Below, one piece after another: positions 12,147-22,884 of a DNA stretch of 64,000 nt. Both the position numbers and the translations under genes were made by a program. The notes beneath the pieces are model-generated. The model did no database searches. It saw only the letters and a program-made list of their open reading frames with translations, and was not told the DNA's origin. The DNA comes from Candidatus Bathyarchaeota archaeon. GTDB lineage: Archaea > Thermoproteota > Bathyarchaeia > Bathyarchaeales > Bathycorpusculaceae. The stretch lies in the NCBI GenBank assembly GCA_963768425.1, contig CAVYHV010000028.1, forward strand, positions 1 to 64,000, written 5' to 3'. How positions within the stretch are numbered: position 1 is the stretch's first letter; every line of letters begins with the position of its first letter.

Positions 12147-13137
12147 ATGTCAATAAAGATTGATCATTTCGATTTGATAATATTAAGAGAACTTCTCCTC
12201 AACGGCTGTAAAACTTTCACTCAAATTGCAAATGAACACAATACAACTAAAGAGATAATCGCTAACCATTTTAAAAAAATGACCAAAAAAGGAGTAATTG
12301 TTGGGTCAAGCATCAGAAACAGTGTTATTTGCTATGGTTGTAACTTTATTGTTCTTATCTTTATTAAGAGTCAACCCCAAAAATTGATTCAAATATGTGA
12401 ATATGTTTCAAAAATTCCAGGGATCAGCGTCGCTTATCCCTATAGAGTTAAGCGAACCTGTTTTGCTGCCGCAGTCCTAAAAAACATAGGGAGCTAATAA
12501 AATAAATTATTTATTAAGAAAAATCCCGTTCATCGAAGAAATGGACACTAGAATCGTAACTGGAATGAGAACCGCTCCCTACAACCTATCAATTTTTCCA
12601 AAAGAAGATAATATCCCCGTTACCAAGCAAAATGAAAATATGGTGCAAAAGGGGAGCGAAGAAATCAAAATCGATGAAACCGATAAAGGTATTATCGAGA
12701 GACTGGCAGCAAATGGGCGCATCCCTTTTAGCAAAATCGCAAAGGACCTAAGTGTTTCGACAAATCATATTGTTAAAAGATACGAAATGCTAAAAAACAA
12801 CGGCGTAATAGTTCCCACTATTCAGATAGATCCAACCAAAATCGGTTACTATAGTTTCGCGTTCATTAGTTTAGCTTTTTCTTCAACGAACCTGCATTCT
12901 GGCTTAGAATTCCTTAAGAAATATCCGGATTTTAATGCTATATACAAGACAAGCGGAAAATTTGACGCTGTCGCAATCTTTATGATTAGAGACCTCGAGC
13001 ACCTGATGAATATGCAAGAAGAAATAATGAATTTACTGGGAGTAACAAATGTGGAAATAGAAGTCACCAGGTTATTCAACGTTTGGCCGCCATCAAGAGA
13101 AACATTTTTGCGTCATAATGAATTAGATTTAGAGTAA
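12147..13137 (+). CDS. tandem-domain Lrp/AsnC-family regulator, frameshifted
   Basis: Two AsnC HTH plus RAM units (IDHFDLIILREL; IDETDKGIIERLAANGRIPFSKIAK). Confidence 0.85.
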
Positions 13138-13193
13138 TTTTTCAGGCTCTAGTTTTTTATGCGAAAAAGGACAGAGATACATCAACAAAAATC

Positions 13194-13289
13194 TCATTCT
13201 TCAGGAAATAGTAGCTTTTCACCGCACATAGGGCACTCCAAAGTTGATTTCTTTTGCAAGTGCACGTACGCTGCTTTTTTCTCCCTCAA
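13194..13289 (-). pseudogene. 3' remnant of a zinc-finger gene (..LECPMCGEKLLFPEE*)
   Basis: 36/39 nt identical to 3041-3079. Confidence 0.6.
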
Positions 13290-13317
13290 AAATCCAGTTT
13301 TGTCTGTCTTGAAAGAA

Positions 13318-13439
13318 AATGGGTTTGCTGAGGCTCTGGAAACTAAGGAAGAAAATTTCTTTTTAGGAGAAAAAAGAAAAATGCAAACTCTTCAATTGCA
13401 GCTATTTTGAATTTAACCAGAGCCTTCTCAGCCCCATTT
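13318..13439. repeat. ~120-bp palindromic repeat copy 3
   Basis: Near-identical to copies 1 and 2. Confidence 0.95.
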
Positions 13440-13514
13440 CTTTTCATCTCTTCATTTTCATGGTTTTAAAGGACTAAAAAAAGGGAAAAGGGGATTTGTT
13501 TTGTTGTTTTTCGT

Positions 13515-16310
13515 TTATGGGTGTTTTCTTGTGACGAGCATTGCGAGTACTGCGCCGATGACGATTATGATGATGGCGATTGCTACGATTCCGTATTCGA
13601 CTGTGGTGTTTGAGGCTAAGCCGTTGAGCGGTGTTGCAGTTGGTGCTGGTGTTGCTGCTGGTGAGCTGGCGTAGAAGTGCTGTTTCAGCGGATGATCCGT
13701 AGTATGCTCCTGTGCCTGCGAAAGTGGCGTAGACTGTGTAGTTGCCTGCGATGTCTGGTGTCCATGTGTAAGCCAAAGTGCCGCTTGCATCAGTGGTTGT
13801 TGTGCCGATTGATCGGTAGTTGTTGTTGCTGTCTAAGACGTAGAGCGTAACTGGAACTCCTGTTATGTTGGTTGGCATTGGCTGTTGCTCATAAACTGCT
13901 TCCATGAACTGTGTCATGCTTGCGTCAGAGACGCATGGTAAACCGTTGGGGAAGTTTGCTGCGACTGCTTCTTGCTATGAGCCGGCAGAGATGTCCATCA
14001 CTGAGCCTGTTATTGTAATTGGTGTAGAAGTTGTCACGCCAATGTTAGGTGCTGTAATAGTGGTTATGCTTGGTCCTATGCCATAACGCGTATATCTGGT
14101 TGTCGTATGAGCTCTCTGTCACCAAAACTCCATCGGAAATAGCTGAACCGCCATCAACGTCAAAAGCCTAATATGCTCCATACTGGTTGTCCATTAGTAA
14201 TGTTTATTGCTAATTTAGCTAGCTCCGCGGAACAGCGGTGGACTGTATTCATGTCCTTCGCCCAGGAATAGCATTCCATCAGCAAGAGCCCCTTGGTTTC
14301 CGAATGGCCAAAGTGGCCATACACCATAAGGGCTGTCAGTTCCGGCAGGACCAGAGATTGCGTTTGTAGTAGTATGCCACAATGATGGTGCCTGTCTTTA
14401 TGTTAAAAGCATATATGTCTCCTCCGAAACCACTTATGTAGAGCATACCGTTGGCAACTTGGCCGTAATAGCTACCAATTGAATTGTAGGAATCAGCGAT
14501 TGGAAGTGTGACTGGTCCCCACAATTGTTTGCCCGTATTGATACTGTAACCATTGCATGCGGCTGTTTCTTGGTTGACTTCAACGTAGACACCATTCGAA
14601 ATCGGCATGAAGTCAACTCTTGAGAAGGGCGCTTCTGTTCGATTGGCTATCCATAGCAGTTGCCCGGTGGTTGTGCTGTAGCCTGCCTCATCTATGAATC
14701 CGCTTTGGTAGAAGGCTCCTGCGGCGTTGTAAGACCATAATAGTATTACACCGCTGTTGATAGGCCCATCCATTCCGTTTCCCCAAGAGCCAAGAGGGGA
14801 GAGTAGCGATGGAAAACTTGTGATGCTTGTATCTAATTGAGTGTTCCAAACTACTCCATCACCGAAAGGAATGATGCCGCCTTGTGGGGGTCTCCACTCC
14901 CACCCTGCGGATTGTGCAGCCCAACTGGCCGCCAAGATACATTCTGTTGAGTTCCACTCATTTAAGGAGGGCCCAGTAGTTGTAACGAGGGTAGGTGCAG
15001 GTCCAATATTAATGTTGATTGTGCCCATCACTGTCTGCGTGCCAGCGGTTTCGTTAACGTAGTAGCCTATTAAGTTTCCATTTGCATCTTCAGTAAGTGT
15101 CATATGCGGTTCCGTCTACAATGCTGAGTATGTATGTTCCAGTCATGGCGTCAAACATGTTCCATGTGCGTTGACTCCATGTGGCAGACGTTAATGCGAG
15201 GACCAGCGGGTGTTCCGGTTGCTCCACAAGTATGCAATAGCCCCGAATTGGTTCGGCGAAACGTAATCGAGCATTTGACCGCACCGTAGAACAGTAACTA
15301 CGCCAGCTGATGTTAGAGCAGTTTGCGGTCGAAGAACCGCCACCGTAGTTGGCGCCATCTGTCAGTCCATATTGTTTTCCCTGTTTTCAGGTTTACGGCA
15401 ACTATGCCTGTTGGAGTTGTTGAACTTCCGGGTATTCTGTGTAGTAGAGAATGCCTTGCATTATTACGGGCGCGAACATTCTTTCATACTGCCTTGTTGA
15501 GTAATAATTGGTTGCTGGGCTGCCGCTTGTGCTGAATTCACCGCCAATAACTCCTCCGAATGCTTCAGGAATAGTCCACAGAATGTGTGCAGTGGTCGGC
15601 GCTGTAGTATATGGATTATAATCTCCACTGGCATTGTACATTCCTGTGTTTGCCTCAAATAGTTCGCCGAGTCCAAGCCAGTTTCCGCTGATAGCGCCCC
15701 ACATGTCGTTGACTGATTCGATTGGTCGCGTCCAGTAGCTTGTCGGGAGCGGAGCTTCCGGAAAAGATGGCGTTGCAGTCTGTTGAACAACGAGTGTTAC
15801 TGCGGTGCTAGTGCTAGGTTCATAATAATCGCCGATAAATGGGACACCGTAGATCAACTGGAAGATATATGCACCACCTGAAGATGGTGGAGCAGGGTTG
15901 TTGCCTGCTAATATCTGCCCTGAAAAGCTCATTTGGAAAGTATAATTTCCGACTGTAGTAGGCGTGTAAGTAGCATGACTTCCTCCTGTATCATCGGATG
16001 TAAAGGGACCTAATGTTTGAGTATTGCCGTTTGGTTCAGTTACTTTCACGGTCATGTTCTGCCATCTGTCACCATATTGACCACTCGCAGTAGGTGGCGG
16101 CTGAGCAAGCCAAAAACCAATGTTAACCGCTTGGCCAAGGCCTGCGGGGCTAGGTGCAACGTTAATGAAAGCATAAGTTGGAATAGATATTTTACCTGGC
16201 GCCAGAGTTACCGCGTTAGCATTTGGTATTGACATCAGTGAACTTGTCATTGACAAAGTTAAGATTGTAGCAATAATAATGGCTATACTTTTATTCTTTA
16301 TTTTTTTCAT
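13515..16310 (-). CDS. PQQ-like beta-propeller repeat surface protein (module 3), frameshifted
   Basis: Signal peptide; PSPAGLGQ, PLPTSYWTRPI, TAHILWT motifs; C-terminal Ig-like domain, TM and RKHP; paralog of module 2. Confidence 0.9.
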
Positions 16311-16478
16311 TTTTTTTCTTTCCTTTTTTTCTGTAAAGAACAAATTGTGGGCTGAAAATTCTTAAAATCGAGTGGTGTATCATCGACCCCGCAGGGCTTT
16401 ATGTTGCAACAATCAGCAATAATAATCGAATATTTTGAAATCAATCTAAGATAAATAGAAGAAAGTGCATCATGATGA

Positions 16479-17331
16479 ATGTCCAAAATGTCGAAGTCAA
16501 ATGACAGTCTATTGGAGAACCTGCAAAAGCTTGGACTAACTATGCTGCAGGCAAAAATCTACACGGTTGTTTTAGATGCAGGGAAAGAAAAAATACAAAC
16601 TATCTCAAAAATTGCAAACGTAGACCGATCAAACACTTATCGAACAATCCTTCACCTACAAAATATTGGTTTAGTCGAAGAAACGTTGGGCTCACCAAAT
16701 ATCTATCAAGCGATTCCTGTCAAAGATGCTGTTTCAATTCTGATAGATCTCAAACAAAACGAATTTGAAAAAATGCAAAAAGTTGCAACAAAATTGATGC
16801 GAAAAGGCTTTCCCAGATGATTCTGGGTTTTTCGGAAAAGAATACGAATTCAAGATACTTAAGATGATGGGACAAAGATCATCAATCAAATTGGTAATTG
16901 ACGTCTGCAGAAGTTCTCATGAAAGTTTCGACCTTGTAAACAACAAACACACATTTTGTGATACTGTGATTGATTTAGCTGAAGAACACTTAACCTGTCT
17001 TAAGCGAGGAATTAAATACCGGATGGTTGTCGAAAAAACATGTTCGAAGCCTATACTAAAAAAACTTGCCATGTTTATGTCGGAACCAAACTTCCGAATT
17101 AGGTTCATTGCCGAGGCGCCTGAGGCAGAAATGGCAATTCTCGACAAAAAGGTTGCCCATGTAGACGTCTTGCCATACTTAACAGCAAAAGGAGGAAGAA
17201 CCCAGCTAATTACTAATCATCCAGCGTTCATAAAAATATTTCAAAATCATTTTGACAAAATTTGGAACGAAGCAGAAGAATACAGCCTCACAAACAATCA
17301 AGCAATTACAAAAAAAGCAGCAAACAAATAA
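16479..17331 (+). CDS. TrmB-family transcriptional regulator, frameshifted
   Basis: LGLTMLQAKIY..ISKIANVDRSNTYRTI wHTH; C-terminal FDKIWNEA. Confidence 0.85.
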
Positions 17332-17801
17332 TGTTGCCACAGAAATTCGAATTAATGACGTTCAGTTCATACATTTACTAGTCAAGATGAGTTCGAATCC
17401 GTTCTCCATGCCTGCCTTCTATCTTATGAGATAAGTCTTTTCGCAATAAGTGCTCACAATCAGGAGCGGTCCGAACCCTACGCGGTTCAAATCCCCCCAG
17501 TCCACTTTAACCAGTTTCGAGTCTCTGCGCCAGAGTAAAATTACACACTTGCTCGTTAAATTTGGGATTCACCTAAATAATCAAGAACATCCCACCGGAC
17601 TCCCCCTTAAGAAACTGGACTGGTTTTGGAAATCCGTTGCTGGAGACATATATCACCCGTTTTTAGGTCCAAAACAACCCATAGGATTACATATTAAAAA
17701 GGAAGATTCTTAAAAATGCAAGAAGCGAACTGACGGTTTAAACGAGAGTTAATGATCTTGAGCGAAACAAGGGTTGTTAAAACCCCACAGTTGCTTGAAA
17801 A

Positions 17802-19163
17802 TTAAGCGCTAATCTTGCTTTGCTCCACTTTTTCTTTCACGTATTTCTCGTATCTCAACTTTTCCAGAAAATCCAGTAACCGCTGAGCGTCGCTTTCCGT
17901 TTCCACAACGTCAGCTAAGTTAACATACTTTAAGAATAAATCAAGGGTGCCTTTAACGGACTTGTAGTCATTTTGTGTTTTTGTTATTTCTTCCTTCTGT
18001 TGGGCTAGTTCCGCCTGGTGTTTGGTTGTTAATTCTGCAAGCTGGCTCTCGGTTCTTTTCAGTTTAACAACTAAATCAGTGGTGACAGATTCTATTTCCT
18101 TAAGCCGCTCACCTTCCTTGTTTGGGGCGTTTATGCTGATTAATTGCTCCCTTTCCATGTACATTTTACGCAAACTGTCGTACTGTACGGTCTTGTACGC
18201 TTCAGCCATTTCACCTATCTCGTGACCTAACCAAAAATCAACAATAGTATCCGGCACACCGCTGTTTATCATTAAAGAGCCAAAACTTTCCCGCAAGCTA
18301 TGAGTACCCAAAGGATTGAAGTCGTTTCCATTGTTTTCTTTTGTTACAAACCCAGACCTTACAACCAATTCTTTCATCATTTCGCAAATGTTGGCCGTTC
18401 TGAGTCTTTTCTTTCCTCTGTCTTGAAGGAAAAGCGGGGTTCTATTGTCAAACTTGACACCTCTGCTTTGCACGTCAGCCAAATAAGCTTTCAAGGCAGT
18501 TATTCCATCTTTGGCTATGAACGTGTAAAACTCTATCCCAGTTTTCACGCGCATAACTTGAATTCTAAGAGGCTCTTCTCCTTTAGCCAATCCTTCCGCT
18601 ATGTCGCCATAATCCAAACTACACATTGTGCTAACATCCATTCCACCTTGAAAATGACAGAGCACAATAGCCCTATCTCTTGGCGTTCGAGCGTTATCCA
18701 CTAATACCTTAACTTTCCAAACATCCTCAGGTTTGAAAATAATGCGTTTATTTTCCACTTTAGACTTAGGAAGCTTGTTTCTCCCCTTCAATTTTACGAC
18801 TATGTCGTACGTAGCATAGAAACTGCGTATGGTGTTAACCCCTAACTCAGCGGACCGCCCTGTCGTGCCTTTTTTGCCTTTGTACTTTCCCAGCTTCTTA
18901 ATGTGGTCATTTTTTAGCCAATTATAAAAACCAATTAGTCTTTTGATAACTAGGTCTTGTCGTTCTCTTGGATCTCGTTTAAAATCCTCTACCGCTTCAT
19001 CGATAAGTGCTGAAGCCGTTTTTCCAGTGTACAATGCATATAAACGATAAGACACTTTGTAGCTTTTGACCGTCTTTTCGTTGGACATTCCGCCGAGCCA
19101 ACGTTGTAACGTAGGGTCATCCCAATCAACTCCATCCTTACCAATTGTCATTCTGGTTACCAA
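17802..19163 (-). CDS. tyrosine recombinase/integrase with C-terminal coiled coil
   Basis: RDRAI, RVKT, HSLRES, LGH, AY motifs; N-terminal SAM-like domain. Confidence 0.92.
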   Translation of the reverse strand: MVTRMTIGKDGVDWDDPTLQRWLGGMSNEKTVKSYKVSYRLYALYTGKTASALIDEAVEDFKRDPRERQDLVIKRLIGFYNWLKNDHIKKLGKYKGKKGTTGRSAELGVNTIRSFYATYDIVVKLKGRNKLPKSKVENKRIIFKPEDVWKVKVLVDNARTPRDRAIVLCHFQGGMDVSTMCSLDYGDIAEGLAKGEEPLRIQVMRVKTGIEFYTFIAKDGITALKAYLADVQSRGVKFDNRTPLFLQDRGKKRLRTANICEMMKELVVRSGFVTKENNGNDFNPLGTHSLRESFGSLMINSGVPDTIVDFWLGHEIGEMAEAYKTVQYDSLRKMYMEREQLISINAPNKEGERLKEIESVTTDLVVKLKRTESQLAELTTKHQAELAQQKEEITKTQNDYKSVKGTLDLFLKYVNLADVVETESDAQRLLDFLEKLRYEKYVKEKVEQSKISA

Positions 19164-19331
19164 TAACTAGTAATACAAAAGTAATATTAAAGTTTTTAAT
19201 CTACAAGTTAAATTTAGTGAAGTAATCCAACTATTTTATTTCAAATTTTTACTGCATCGCTTAGAAACAGTTTAATTCTTAGTCAAGACGGGATGTAAGG
19301 CTTTTTCTGATTAGACCTCCGATAAGCCGTA

Positions 19332-19538
19332 ATGATATTGGAGGTAGGGAATGTGAGTGAGGTAGTGGTTGGTTTGGACGTTCACTTGAAGAATGCTCAG
19401 GTGACCGTCATGAAGTCGAATGGTGAGGTTGTTAAGAAAGAACGAATTAAGACGTGTAAGGCTGAGCTTCGAAGGTCCTTGGAGACTGTGCCAAAGGGAG
19501 GGTTGCGTTGGAGTCTGTATGCGTGTTGGATGACCTAA
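19332..19538 (+). mobile_element. IS110-family transposase N-terminal fragment
   Basis: VVGLDVH RuvC-like first motif; truncated after ~55 aa. Confidence 0.7.
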
Positions 19539-19595
19539 TGGATCGAATACTTCTGCACGTTGCTTGTCCAGCTCAATCTGCTTTTCGTCTTCCAC
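19520..19595 (-). pseudogene. ArsR-family regulator N-terminal fragment
   Basis: RAEVFDPLGHPTRI; abuts the IS110 fragment. Confidence 0.55.
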
Positions 19596-19813
19596 CTTCG
19601 CACATCCTCAAGCGGCCATATTCAACTCATATCTAAAAGCCTATCTAATCCCTCTTTTGTAGACCAATCCGAACGTCAATTAATGCTTAGTCCAGTTTGG
19701 TAGACAAGCGATAAACTTCTTAGGCTTGCCATGTTCTAACATGTAGCATTAAGTAATGCCAAACATTGATTCCGAGATGTTAACGGTAAATTTACAAGAG
19801 CAGGAGAGTTAAG

Positions 19814-21397
19814 GTGAAAAAACAATTAGCAATAGTTTTATCGCTTGTGATAATCACCGTTATTGCAGTTTCATCGTTTGCCGCTATAAAAGATTACCAA
19901 CCTTCTTCCACTTATGTTGCAGTTGATAAGAAGCCATTTTATGTGGGGGTTACATTCGGCGGCGATTCGGTCGCAGATGCGGAGCAATTGATTGATAAAG
20001 TCAAGGATTACACTAACCTGTTTGTATTGGCGTCTGGTCCACTTATGCAAAACGTACCCGCTACAGAACAGATTGGTGATTACGCCGTTAACGCAGGATT
20101 AAATGTAATATTGTATTATGGTAAAAGCGGCGACCCTAGTACTTGTGTGTCTCTGCTCAACCTTGCTAAAGCTCGTTGGGGCAGCCATTTTTTGGGGCTA
20201 TACTACCAGGATGAACCAGGAGGCAACATGCTTGATTCCCAAGTACCGATTAATGGATAAGGTTGGCACACACGCCATTTTTTCACCAAGGACACAAACG
20301 GAACAATTTGGGAAGCAAATAGTTTCTCAGAAGGATCAAATTACACTATGGTCAACGTTTCTTTTCAACCTTCAGGAATAATCAATTTGCAAACCTCAAC
20401 CGCAATATCAACAAACAGTAGTACAACTACAACCCCGCTTCTTCCAGAACCTAACGACTTTCAAATCTTGCCAAATGGAACAATCGTAAATTCCGGTCCC
20501 CCTCCGGGCAACTTCATATCTATTTCAAGCGTTTTGACTTATTACCCTAATGGGACAATTAGCGGCACGTTTGACAACGGCACCTCAACAACAGGACCGC
20601 TAAACTACTTTCCAGATGGGACCGTGCAGTATGAAAACGGCACATACGTGGCTAATGAAGGCAATATTTCTCAATTTGAACCTTACCAGCAACTCTGGGA
20701 TTCTAATCCAATTCAAACCTACACTGAAGCAGCAAACTACTTTGTGAATACCGAGCATGCTGCATTGACTTCGATTTGCAATGAATCAGATGTTAGGCTT
20801 TTCACCTCAGACTATGGTCTCTATTGGTTCGATTACCTTGGAGGCTACAATACTGTGTTTGCTGAGTTGTTTGGGGGGCAAACAGATGCTCAGACCATAG
20901 CCTGCGTTAGAGGTGCCGCCGACATGCAGAATAAAAGTTGGGGAGTGATGCTTGAGCCATCGAGTCAGTTGCCGCTTGCCTTACAAAGTGGAACTCAACT
21001 GTACAATGAATTGGACCAATCTTATTTGAGCGGCGCCGATTATGCTGTAGTATTTAACTACTCGCCGTATGATAACGCCACCGGTCTTTTGCAAGACCAA
21101 CAGTTCTCTACGATTCAAAAGTTCTGGAAGGATGTCGTACAGAATCCTGAAGAAACTAATAACGTGACGGCGCAGGTTGCGTTGATTTTGCCTAATGATT
21201 ACGGTTGGGGTATGCGCAACGAAAATGACACCATATGGGGCATATGGCAACCCGGCACCAGTTCACAACAAATTTGGAACTCAGTGCAACAATCCCTTGC
21301 CCAATATGGTTCAAAACTTGACATCATCTACAATGACCCAGCATACCCAACAGCGGAAAGATACCTGCATGTTTACTATTGGAACCAAACCGTCTAA
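19814..21397 (+). CDS. secreted protein, possible TIM-barrel/glycoside-hydrolase-like fold; frameshifted
   Basis: Signal anchor; FLGLYYQDEPGG and LFTSDYGLYWFDY motifs; ORFs 19814..20260 and 20348..21397. Confidence 0.75.
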
Positions 21398-21654
21398 AGC
21401 GGCTGTGAACGCTTAGCACTGAAGCTTGTGCTTATCTTTCTTTTGTAATCATTTTATCATTGAATTCCTCTTTTGCGGATTTAATGAAAAAATCTTTGAA
21501 TTCTCAGTGGAGTTTTCATGAAGATAGGTCTTAAATCCGCATGACGGAATAACGGGCTAAATATTGAAAAAGAAAAGCGAAGAGAGTAAGAGGAGATAAT
21601 GTAGATCCACAGCCTTGAAAGATCTTATATGCAACTCACTCTGTAAAAATAGGA

Positions 21655-22005
21655 TTGATGGCGAATCGAATGGGAGAAAAAACAATACAATCAATACCTG
21701 TTATGCCCTTCGCATTGATGATAGCTGTTATCTCGGCGGTTATAGGACTAATAATCGGAATCATCTACGCGGGAGTGTTTGGAGTTATACTCTCTACAGT
21801 CTCTCATAATACTGGAGTCGCTGGTCTTGGTTTGCTAGGCATTCTATTTGGTGTAGGGGCAGTAATAATAATGCCAATACTGGGATTCATAGGCGGTCTG
21901 ATACAAGGCATCATAATTGCAGTTCTTTATAATTTTCTTGCACCGAGAATTGGCGGAATCAAACTTCGCTTCAAAGAAGAAGATTACAAACCGCCTCAGC
22001 AATAA
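21655..22005 (+). CDS. small membrane protein (DUF3566-like)
   Basis: Two TM helices; YNFLAPRIGGIKL C-terminal motif. Confidence 0.75.
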   Translation: MMANRMGEKTIQSIPVMPFALMIAVISAVIGLIIGIIYAGVFGVILSTVSHNTGVAGLGLLGILFGVGAVIIMPILGFIGGLIQGIIIAVLYNFLAPRIGGIKLRFKEEDYKPPQQ

Positions 22006-22152
22006 CTTCCCTTCTTTTTCTTTTGCGATTAGCACGAACGGTCAGTAACCCTTCTTTTGTTTTCTTGTTCCCACAAAGTTTCCCGAGTGACAATAACATA
22101 AAAAAAGATTGACTGAAAAATCTTAAACCTGTTTAGCATTGAAATAAGCTAC

Positions 22153-22330
22153 GTGGAAATCGAGTAAGAAACTGTCCTGATTTTTCTGTGAAAATGGAGA
22201 TTAGTAAAATGAATCTTAAAGTTGGCGGATTTATTTTTGGAAGACGGGGAGATATCAATGAAGACACGTTTCCAGCTGTTGTTTATACTTGCCCTTGATG
22301 TGGGAAATTAGAGTTTTTGCCGTGAACAAA
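22153..22330 (+). pseudogene. degraded zinc-ribbon protein gene
   Basis: CPD..KME..VGG..VYTCP*CGKLEF remnants with a stop and frameshifts. Confidence 0.35.
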
Positions 22331-22513
22331 ATCAATGTATGTGTTTGCGGCCATTCAAAAGAGCAGCATCTAAACTGGCAATATAATTGCACTAGGAAAA
22401 TTGCAGTTGCAAGACATACTCATAGCAAGTCTAAGCTGGACTCAGTATTGAATCTGAATAGGTTTCTAAAATCATTTAAGCAAGGTCAAAACAAATACGA
22501 GATTAGTGGAAGC

Positions 22514-22780
22514 ATGAAATCTGAGTTTAAACTAATGATTTTCTTTAACGCCGTGTTTGCAGCGTTCTATTTGCTTTGGAATTGGAATGAATATTCAACA
22601 TTAAGCCCTCTATACCAAGTAGCTATAAGTGCACACTTTCCTTGGTATATTCAGTTTAGTGGCACCCCGGATGGAAATGGTTTAGTGGCGTTTTTTGATG
22701 CTAATTTTGGTCTCTTTATACTCTTATTCGTGATATTCGTAAACCTATGCTTAGCATACAGACTCCAAAAAAGCAAGTAA
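22514..22780 (+). CDS. two-TM membrane protein
   Basis: Likely start MKSEFKL within ORF 22289..22780. Confidence 0.65.
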   Translation: MKSEFKLMIFFNAVFAAFYLLWNWNEYSTLSPLYQVAISAHFPWYIQFSGTPDGNGLVAFFDANFGLFILLFVIFVNLCLAYRLQKSK

Positions 22781-22792
22781 ACAAAAACGAAG

Positions 22793-22838
22793 TTAGTCCA
22801 GAAACTTTGACTAAATCCTGTCAAGAAATCTGAACAAG
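22793..22838. repeat. tandem 8-6-8 palindromes (TTAGTCCA-GAAACT-TTGACTAA; CCTGTCAA-GAAATC-TGAACAAG)
   Basis: Inverted arms read directly; related half-sites elsewhere in the window. Confidence 0.6.
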
Positions 22839-22884
22839 AACGCTTTTATCACTAACATTCTCAGGCAGTCTATAGAGGAATAGT

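Noticed and set aside
4722-13439. CRISPR array interpretation of the recurring repeat
   Set aside because: The repeat is ~120 bp with kb-scale, gene-containing intervals, and there are no cas genes.
4916-16310. Diversity-generating retroelement acting on the surface proteins
   Set aside because: No reverse transcriptase is present and I found no TR/VR pair with adenine-specific mismatches.
17802-19163. Classical integron integrase IntI
   Set aside because: No IntI-specific insertion is evident between patches II and III, and I found no convincing RYYYAAC..GTTRRRY attC sites.
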